Origin: Mobula hypostoma
Lineage: Eukaryota
Assembly (NCBI RefSeq): GCF_963921235.1
Contig: NC_086107.1
Span: 94,118,001 to 94,182,000 of the forward strand
Length of the DNA stretch: 64,000 nt
Direction of reading: 5' to 3'
Below are positions 50,401 through 60,900 of this stretch, piece by piece. Each line of letters starts with the position of its first letter. Position 1 is the first letter of the stretch. The notes below the pieces were generated by a model. It searched no databases. It had not been told where the DNA came from and was given only the letters and a program-made list of their open reading frames with translations. The translations under genes and the position numbers were made by a program.

Positions 50401-53400
50401 TTCCAGGGTGGGACAAGAAGCAAGTTTCACACAGAATTTCATAGACGTTCACATAGCACCAACCTCAAAGAGAGAGATGGTATTCTAGATGTGAGAAACA
50501 TGGTCTGATTGTCACTAAGATTACCAACATGGAGAATATAACACCATAGGGTGAGAAAGGGGAAGGAGCGTTTAACCCTGCGTATGGCCCCAAGGGTTGA
50601 AAAATAGAAACGTTTTGAAGAAAAATCGTAAACACAGGGGATCCTGTAAATGCTGGAAATCCAGAGCAACCTACTCAAAATGCTGGAGGAACTCAGCAGG
50701 TCAGGCAGCATCCATGGAGAGGAATAAACAGTCAACGCTTAGGGCCAATACGCATTATCAAGACCCATCCTGATGAAGGATCCCCGCAAAGAAAAAAGGT
50801 CTGTTGCTCTGCCCACCACAGGAGGGATAAGGAGGCTTTGGAGAGGGCGAAGAAGAGGTCCTCCAAGATGCTGTAAGGAGGAATTGGACGAACATGGGTT
50901 GTATTCTCTGGTGATATTCTGGTTACAGTAAAGGTGTTTAAACAGAGGCCGTCACTGCAAAAGCCAATGGCAACATCTGTGCTCCTACCAAACCCTGCAC
51001 CAGCTTGGTGGTTAGGTTACTGAAGTGACACCTGGAACCCTAGCGCTCAGTCCAAAGGTCATAGGGGCATAAGAGAGTCCGTAAGTCATAGAATCAGTTC
51101 AGAGTCGAGGTGAGTGAAGTTAGCCACACTGGTTCAGAAGCCTGGTGGTTGAAGAGTGAAAACAATTCCTGAACTTTTGTTTTTTAAGTACTACAACACA
51201 GTAACAGGCCCTTTGGTCCCTCAAGTCGGAGTCGAACTATGATTCTGCCTGGTCCCATCGACCTGCTCCTGGAACTGAAATTAAACATGACCATAATGAT
51301 TGTCAAGGTGTGGGTTCGAGTCCAGTCACAGTACCTTGGGTGCTTAAAATTAAATGAAATAATAGAACATAGAACAGTACAGCACACAGACAGGCCCTTC
51401 AGCCCACAGTGTCATGCCAAGCCAATTAAAGTAGTAATCAGATGGCTAATTAAACTAGTCTCTTCTACCAACATAAGGTCCATATCCCTCCACTTCCCTC
51501 ACATTCGTGTGCCTATCTAACCTCAGAAGTCCCTGATGTATCTACCTCTACCACCAGCCCAGGCAGCGCATTCCACGCACCCACCACTCCCCGTGTGAAA
51601 AACGTACCCCCCACATCTCCTTTGAAATTACCCCCTCTCACCGTAAACACATGCACTCTGGTGTTAGACATTTCAGCCCCGTCTGTCTACTCCATCTGTG
51701 CCTCTCACAGTTTTATGAACCTCGATCAGATCTCCCCTCAGCCTCTGGCACTCCAGAGAAAACGACCCAAGTTTGTCCAGCCTCCCTTTGTAGCTCACGC
51801 TCTCTAATCCAGGCAGCATCCTGGTGAACCTCTCCTGCACCCTCTCCAAAGCCTTGACATCCTTCCTGTAGTGGTACGACCAGAACTGCACGCAATACTC
51901 CAGATGTGGCCTGACCAGAGTTTCATAAAGTTGCAACATAACTTCCTGACTTTTGAACTCCAAGCCTCAACTAATAAAAACAAGCATGCATAAGCCTTCT
52001 TAACCGTCTTACCAACCTGTGTAGCCATTTTCAGGGAGTTATGAACTTGGCCCATGAGTCTTCTACACTATCCACGACACCATCTACAGATTACTAATAC
52101 ACCCATTACATTTTCATCCAGGTCATTCATATACATCGCCAACAGCAGAGGTCCCAGTACAGATTCTAGTCACAGACCGCCAGCCAAAATAAGTCCCTTC
52201 GATTTCTTCTCTGTCCTCTTGAGACAAACCCGTTCTGAATTCAGACGGCCAATTTGCCGTGGTTCCTATGCATCTTAATCTTCTGGATGAGCCTCCCATG
52301 AGGTACCTTGTCAAATGCTTTACTAAAGTCCACGTAGACAACATCCACAGCTCTACTTCCATCAACTACCTTTGTCACCTCATTAAAAAATGCAAGTTAG
52401 TAAGACACAACTTGCCCCACACAAAGATATGATGGCTTTCTCTAATTAGATTCTCCCTAAGAATTCACTCCAGTAACTTTCCTACCATTGACGTGAGACT
52501 CACTGGTCTATAGTTTCCAGGATTATTCCCGGATTCCTTCTTGAATAATGGAACATCATAAGCTACTTGCCAGTCCTCTGGGACCTTGTCTGTGGCTTCA
52601 GAGGACAACACAAAGATATTGATTAGGGCTCTAGCAATCTCTTTTCTTGTCTTTCTCAATAACCTGGGGTATATCCCACTAGACTCTAGTTACTTATCCA
52701 CCTTAAAGCTCCTTAAAAGACCTAACACCACCACCTCCTTTACCTCAAAATGCCCTAGCAGATCAATACACTCAACACTGATCTCCCTATCCTCCACGTC
52801 CTTCTCCTAGGTAATACTGCTGTAAAGTAGTCATTAAGGCCCTCACCCAAATTCTTCACATCTGAGCAAATGTTTCCCTCTTTATCCCTGAGTGGTCCTA
52901 CCCTCTCCCTAGTTATCCTCTTGCTCTTGATGTATAAAATTCCTCGGGATTCTCTTTAATCCTACTTACCAAGTACTTTCATGGCCCCTCCTCACGTTCC
53001 TAATTCCCTTCTTGAGTTCTTTTTCCAGCTTCTTTATAATCCTCAAGGGCTCTGTTTGATTTCTAGCTTCCTAAAAGGAAGATACTTCTCCTTTTCCTTC
53101 TTGACTAAGTTCATCATCCCTCTCAACATCCTCACTTCTCCTACATTGGCATCCTCATTCTTCCTTCTGACTGGAACATACCCATCCTGTACTCTGCACA
53201 GTTAATCTTTAAGCACCCTCCACAAGTCAGATGTGAACTTGCCCAAAAGCAGCTGGTCCCAATTAACTCTCCCAAGTTTCTACCTCATGCTCTCGTAATT
53301 TGCCCACCTACAATTTAAGACTGTCCCGCAAGGTTCGTGATCCTTAGAACGTCCTGATCTATAGCTAACTTAAAACTTAAGGAGTTGTGGTTAATGTTCC

Positions 53401-54961
53401 CTAACTGTTCACCCACTGAAAGGTCTGTCACCTAGCCAGGCGCATTACCAAACACCAGGTCCAGTACAGCTCCTCCTCTTGCTGGTGATCGTAAAGCCAC
53501 CGGATAGTTGTAAGTAACCTCTGCCTCACTGGTATCCCTCCTGGGAAGGGAATCCGGCTACCAGACCTCAATCAGTCAGTCAACCACTGCCACAAGAAAG
53601 CAGCATCCATCATCAAGGACCCCCACCAGCCAGCCCATGCTCTCTTCTCACTGCTACCATCAGGAAGGAGGTACAGGAGCCTCAGACCCTACACCACCAG
53701 GTTCAAAAACAGTTATTGCCTCTCAGCCATCAGACTCCTGAACCAGTGTGCATAATTTCACACATCTCAACTCTAGAGTGGTTCCAACCTATGGACTTTC
53801 ATTCAGGAACCCTACAACGTACGTTCTCAGTATTATTTATTTCTTGATTTTTATATTCGCATAGTTTGTTGCTTATTGGTTATTTGTCAGTCTCTGTGCA
53901 TAGTTTTTCATGAATTATATTGCATTTCTTTGTTCTACTGTGAATGCCTGCAAGAATATGAATCTCAAGATAGAATATGGTGACGTACACATACTTGATA
54001 ATAAATTTACTTTGAAACTTCTGAAACTCTGGCCAACACATGAATCTGGTATGATCAATGCCAGCCCAGGTCCCGGTTAATTAATAATCAGATATTTCAT
54101 TCCCAAGAGCATCTCAATTGTTGAGATGTGTCAACATATCATCTGACCATTACTGAGACAGAATGCTGGAAACATCAGCTGGTCAGTCAGCATCTTTGGA
54201 AAGAGAAACTACTTCAGATTTCAAGCAGAAATTTTCATTTGCTGACGAATGCAGAACCTTCTCACACCACAGGGCTGTATATCACTGTCTCAGGCGCCTT
54301 TCTCAGGACTCCACATCAGAATGTTTGGTGTTTAACTACACAATGTGAGGTGAGAACCCAGGGTAACGCTGATGGTGTTAGCCTCTGATAAACACGGTTG
54401 ATACGCTGCTGATCGGAAACGTTTAGCTGGTTCCCATAGATCCAAAGATAACAGTGAACATTAACGAGATACGCCAACCAACATTCCTCTTTAGGGTTGC
54501 ACTTCTTGGCGTCACCTGCATTCCCCGAGACATTTCCTCAACCTCAATTTCACTCGTGGAAAAGCGTGATTACCACCCCTACCTGATACCATTTTTGTTC
54601 AAAAACACAAGAGATCCTGCAGATGCTGGAAATCCAGAGCAACACGGCACAAAATCCTGGAGGAACTCAGCAGGTCTGGTAGCATCCATGGAGGGGAATA
54701 AACAGTCACCAGTTTCAACCTAAAATATCAACCGTTTATTCCTCTCCATAGATGCTGCCCAGCCTGCTGAGTTCATCCAGCATTCAGATTCATTTATTTG
54801 TCACACGTACATCGAAACATACAGTGAAATACGTCGTTTGCATCAACAACCAACACAGCCTGAGGATGTGCCGGGGGCAGCCCGCGAGTGTCGCCACATC
54901 TTCCAGTACCAACATGGCCTACCCACGATGCTTAGCAGAACAAATCAAGCAACAACAACAG

Positions 54962-54999
<38 letters not shown>

Positions 55000-57900
55000 T
55001 GCCTCTCGGCCTCCAACCGCCAGTACCCCCCTCACCCCCCCAGACTTGCAGACACCAGGCCTTCAACCTCCAGTTCCTGGCCCCATCTCACAGATCTGCA
55101 GACTCTCCTTCTGCCTCACTCTCTTCACCAGGTTGACTCCAGTGGTTGCTCTGATTTCACCTCCCCGTTACCCAGAGCCCTCTGCTCCACACACTCATCC
55201 GTCACACTACCAACTGCCATGTGCTAGGATGTGTTGGTATTTAAAAACATAAAGTCAATGTTCCACTCACTTGATCGGCCCCGGTTCTTTGCTACTGCTT
55301 GTCCTAAAGGAGTTGTCAGGGTCTACTATCCAAACCTGGTTCGCCCAAGGAGGTTGCTGGTCATCGGCCTCTCGCCTGGGTTTGATGGCAGGTCCCACAG
55401 TTACGCTGCTCATTGTGAGCGACCGTAATTTATGATGGAACAGTGCTATAAACTACCACTGTAGATCGGAGAAATGGTTCGTGCTTTTTTTTTCTGAAGT
55501 CAGTTTCACATTGTTTGCAATGTTGACTAATTCCAGACTTCCTGGCTTTTTTAGAGAAGTGACCTTGCACTGGAACACATCGAATCCTCTAACTTCTGGT
55601 AATTTATACCCATCCCCCTTCTCTCTTTTTCCAGTCCCCATTCTGGTTACCCCCTTACCCCTTCTCTTCTCCTTGCCTGCCCATCACCTCTCTCTGGCGC
55701 CCTTCCTCCATCCCTCTATCCCACGGTCCACTCTCCTCTCCTACCAGATTCATTCTTCAGACATCCACCACTTCCACCTATCAGCTCCCAGCTTCTTACT
55801 TCATATCCTCCCGCCACCCCTGTCACCCACTCACCTGGTTTCGCCGATCATCTGCCAGCTTGTCCTCCTTCCCCTCCTCCCCCCCACCTCCTTATCTGAA
55901 CTCTGCTCTCTTCCTTTCCGTTCCTGATGAAGTCTCGGCCTTTGCGTGGCCCAGCACTTGTGACCTTACATTGGAATGGCCACACCCACGGAGCGCACGG
56001 CAGAAGCCAAAAGCAGGCTTTTGTCGTTTACTGGCACTTTCCATTTGATGACCGCCCGCCCTCTCGCCCTCTGCTGCTCAAGCATGGCAGACGTTGGTTA
56101 ATGTCAACACACAACGGGTTGCATCAAATCGGTAGAACTTTCTACGGATGTTCCGCAGAGAGAATTCTGACTGCTAGCGTCACCGTCCGGTTTGGAAGCA
56201 CCGATGCACACGATCGGAAAAAGCTGCAGAAAGTTGTAAACTCAGCCAGCTCCATCATGGGCACCATCCTCCCCCTTACTGAGGACATTTTTGAAAGCCG
56301 ACGCCTCGTGGCTGGCATCCATCGCGATTGACCCTCGCCATCCAGCACAGGCCCTCTTCTCATTACTACCACCAGGGAGGAGGTACAGGAGCCTGAAGAC
56401 ACACACTCAACACTTCAGGGATGGCTTCTTCCCGTCCAACATTAGACTTCTGAACAGTCCATGAATTGATGAATGCTACCTCATTATTTTGTACTCTTTT
56501 TCCTCTATCTATCTGTCTTATCTATCTATCTATCTATTCATTTATCCATCTATCCATCTATTTATCCATCTATCCATCTATCTAACCATCTATCGATCTA
56601 CCTAACCATCTATCTATCCTTCTTTCTATATATCCATCTGTATGTATATTCTTATTGTCATTTATAGTCATTTGTATGTATTACACTGCACTGCTGCTAA
56701 GAAAGAACAAATTTCATGACTTACAATATGGGTGGTGGAGTGGAGATACATCTCCACCAAAGGCTCTCCTTCTCTCCACCAGCCTGCAGGTCACCCTTGG
56801 GGAAGGTGTAGCACCTGCAGGCTAGAGGGGGGAAGGAACACCTTACACTTGCAGGGTCATGTGAAGCCATGGGAGTGGATGGTGGATGGTCGTATGAGCA
56901 GCTGGTGCACATCACAAGTCCTGGTTATGGGACCACTGACACCAGGCAGACAATCTCTGAAGAGCATTGATAATGGCTGGGGTCATCCGTCTTGTAAAGA
57001 CACTGCCCAGAAGAAGGCAATGGCAATCCATTTCTGTAGAAAAATTTGCCAGAGACAATCATGGACATGGAAAGACCATGTTTGCCCACGTCATACGACA
57101 CAACACATAACAAACAAATGAACAATATGTCAGTGATGATAAACCGATGTCATCCATACCCCTGAGAGGTGATCTTCAAAGGAAGGCTCCAGCTGGAAAC
57201 TTGGAACTCTTACATACATTGCTATGGATTTATGGGGTGAGAAAGATGACGCTCCATCTTTGTCATTGACCCAAACTGCTCCAAGACATTTAGGAAGGCC
57301 AAGGAACTTCCTCAAAGGAGCTACCCCACTGATGATGGCCCCTTGTGGCCGGTTGGGTTTATTAATATTGGAGGTTTGGGAGGAAGTTGTTGGTTAGAGT
57401 ACATTTTGAGGCTAGGTGAAGAGGAGAAATTAAACTAAAGGGGGGGGGTAATTCTGTGCATACAAAATGCTGAAGGAACTCAGCAAGTCATGCAGCGTCT
57501 ATGGAGGGGAATAAAGGGTTGACATTTTGGGCCGTGTTGCTTCATCAAGGACTGGAAAGGAAGGGGGCAGAACCCAGAATAAGAAAGTGGGGGGAGGAGA
57601 AAGAGTTCAAGCTGATGGGTGATAGGTGAGACCAGGTGAGGGGGAAGGTGGGTGGGTAGAGGAGGGAGGAGGGAAGAAGTAGGAAGCTAGGAAGTGATGG
57701 GCAGAAGAATAAAGGGCTGAAGAAGAAGGAAGCTGAGAGGACAGGAAAAGAGAAGGAGTGAGAGGGGAGCCAGAATGGGGTACGGGAAAAGGGAGAAGGG
57801 GAAGGGGGAGAACTTGCAGGAAATTGGAGAAACTGATATTCATGCCATCAGGTTGGAGGCTCCCAGATGGAATATGAAGCCTTGGTGCTTGTCTCACATT

Positions 57901-60900
57901 CACCCTGGAAGTCATCTGAAACAACGCTGAGTGCACTCTGCTGTTAAGGTTTTAAAACAGCCGATCCCCAACTGCATTCAGAAACATCTGTCATTCTGTT
58001 TTCTTCAAGGACTGCGAACAAATGTATTGTTGGTACTGCTGAAAGTCAACAGGACATACTACAACAACAACAGCCTGCATTTATGTACCACTTTTACCAT
58101 CATCAATGTCCCAAGGGTTTCATTTGGAGGGGTATGGAAGGCTATGATCCAGTTGCGTGTTGATGGGACTAGGCAGGGTAGTTCAACACACACTAGATGG
58201 GCTGAAGGGCCTGTTTTGTGCGGTAGTGCCCTATGGGGGGGGCACACTAGCGTAACACTTTACAGTGTCAGTGATTTGGGGTTCGATACCCATCACTGTC
58301 TGTGAGGAGTTGGTACGATCTCCCAGTGGGTTTCCCCCAGCTGCTCCAGTACCCTCCCACACTCCAAAGACGTACGAGTTTGGGTTAATAAATTGCAGGC
58401 ATGCTATGTTGGCGCAGGAAGCATGGTGACCCCCCCAACACATCCTTGGACTGTGTCAGCCATTGGTGAAGACGATGTATTTCACTGCACGTTTCGATGT
58501 TTTGATGTACACGTGACAAATAAAGCTAATCTTAATCTGACTGTGAAAGGATTATTGGAGAAGGGGCTCTATAGTTGAAGGCACTGCTATCAATGGTGGG
58601 GTGAAGGAAGGTGAGTGAACATTGGAAACCAGCACTGGGTGAACCAAAGGAGGCCTATGCAATCAGTAGCCACTTTATTAGGTACACTTGTACAGTCAGT
58701 CAGTGGGTGCCGTCCCGAATCCAGGGTTGGTGGCTATGCACCTCCATCTTCTTCGATCTTGCGACAGCACCGAGTACAGCCTCTCCTCCAGTTTGTTCTC
58801 GCTGGCTGCCTTGGCACTGCCCACCGCCGCCGAACTCGAGCCCGAGGCCGTGTTGGCCTCCAGCCGCGGCCACTTCTTCGAGCTCTGCCCTTCCTTAGGC
58901 GGAGGCCTCGGGAGGTCCAGGCACAAGGAGCAGCGCCCGAGTTCATCATGTCTCTTCTAACTAGGTGCATAGCATACGATTCGTAGATACGTGTTGAGGC
59001 TTTAATCTCTTCCACGGAAGATGGCCGTTGGCTCACAAGGAGCTCATCCACTCCTTGTGTCAGGTCTTGATTTTTTTAGTCCTACTGGGTGTCCTCACAC
59101 CCTCCTCAACAGACTAAGTCCGGTGGGGGAGCCGGCCCAAGTCACCGACCACTCGACCATGGCCCCCGGCCGAGTGCCGGGCGCCCGCCCCCCACCAAAT
59201 CTCTTCGAGCGTCCGGCGCCTGACCGAAAACCATGGTCAAACACCTGTACACCTGCTCATTAATGTTAGTATCGAATCAGCCAATCAGCTTAATACATAA
59301 GAGTATGCAGACATGGTCAAGAGGTTCAGTTGTTGTTCAGACCAAACATCAGATTGGGAAAGAAACGTGACTTGATCGTTGGTGCCAGATGGGGTGACTT
59401 GAGCATCTCAGAAACTGCTGATCTCCTGGGACATTCACGCACAACAGCCTCTGGAGATTACTGAGAATGGTGCAAGAAACAAAAAAACAAAACATCCAAT
59501 GGGCAGCAGTTGTGTGGGCAAAAACGCCTTGCTCAAGCAAGAGGTCGGGGGAGAACGGCCAGAGTGGTTCAAGCTGGCAGGAAGGCAACGGTAACTCAAA
59601 AACACACAGCTCGTCAAACCTTGAAGTGGACGGGCTACAGCAGCAAAGGACGGTGAACAAGCTCAGAGTGGCCATTTTATTAGGTACAGGAGGTATTCGG
59701 TTACAAAGTCACGGAGTGGCCAGAGATTTGTTGAAGATAAAGAAAATAAAATTTGAATAACCTCAATGCACAGAGGATAAAATAAGTACAACATATACAA
59801 TTGCAAGCACTGTTTCTGTTAGCGAAATATTCCAGCTTTTGTTGGGGGATTTAGCAGCCTGGTATTGACATACTGCTGGGAGAGAAACAAGTCACATCTG
59901 TACAAGCCCAACTACACTGCATCGATAGTTCAAAACAGATGCTGTGACTGTACAGCTGGTTGTATGAGACTGGTGGGCACATGTAGACGGGCAGGTTTCT
60001 TACACGGACGCAAAACTTCAAGAGAATACTTGTAGCTGTAAAGCGCACGAGGATATTTTGAGATTCTAAAGGGGCATGCTGTAAAAGGAAGCAGTTTCTT
60101 TGTACGCAACTTTTGGGTTATATGTCGCCAATCCATTTTGGAAACATATTTAATCTCTGGAATGGGCAGTCTAAAAATTAAACCTGGGCTGCCTCATTAA
60201 CCAAAGAACATATAACAGAGCATACAGCACGGTTCAGACCCTTCACCCCGTGTCACTGTGCGGACCTTTTAACCTACTCTAAGATCAATCTGACCCTTCC
60301 CTTCCACATAGTCCTCCATTTTCTATCACCATTTCAGAGTCTCTTAAGTGCCCTTAACGCAGGGGTTCCCCACCTTTTTAAGCCATGGACTCCTATGTTA
60401 ACTGAGAGATCCATGGACCCCAGTTTTGGGACCTCTGCCCTAATGTATCCGCCTGTACCAAAATTTGTGGCAGTGCATTCCATACACCGACCACTCTCTG
60501 TGTAAAAGCCCTACTCCCTTAAATTCAACCCCCCTACAATTATACCAATTCCCCTAAGACTCTCCAATTGATGTTTCAGGTCAACGGCCCCTCTGATTCA
60601 GAGCCCGAGACCTGAAGTGATATCTCTCCACAGATGCTGCCTGACCTGTTGGGTCTTTGCTGACTTTTTTTTTTAGCTCAGCTTTCCAGCTTTGGCAGTG
60701 TTTAGGTTCTCCACCCCACAAGATCTCGAACCCCCGACCCCACCACCACCCCGTCTGTAGACACCCCCTTACGTTGCCTCCAAGCAGTCATGCTCTGGAG
60801 GTGAGTCTTAATAGGCTGTGACGCATTCCTTCCATCAATCCATAAACATTTTCCATTGCTCAGCATAGCGAACATCAGCTTAAGTCCCGGCTGCACGGAG

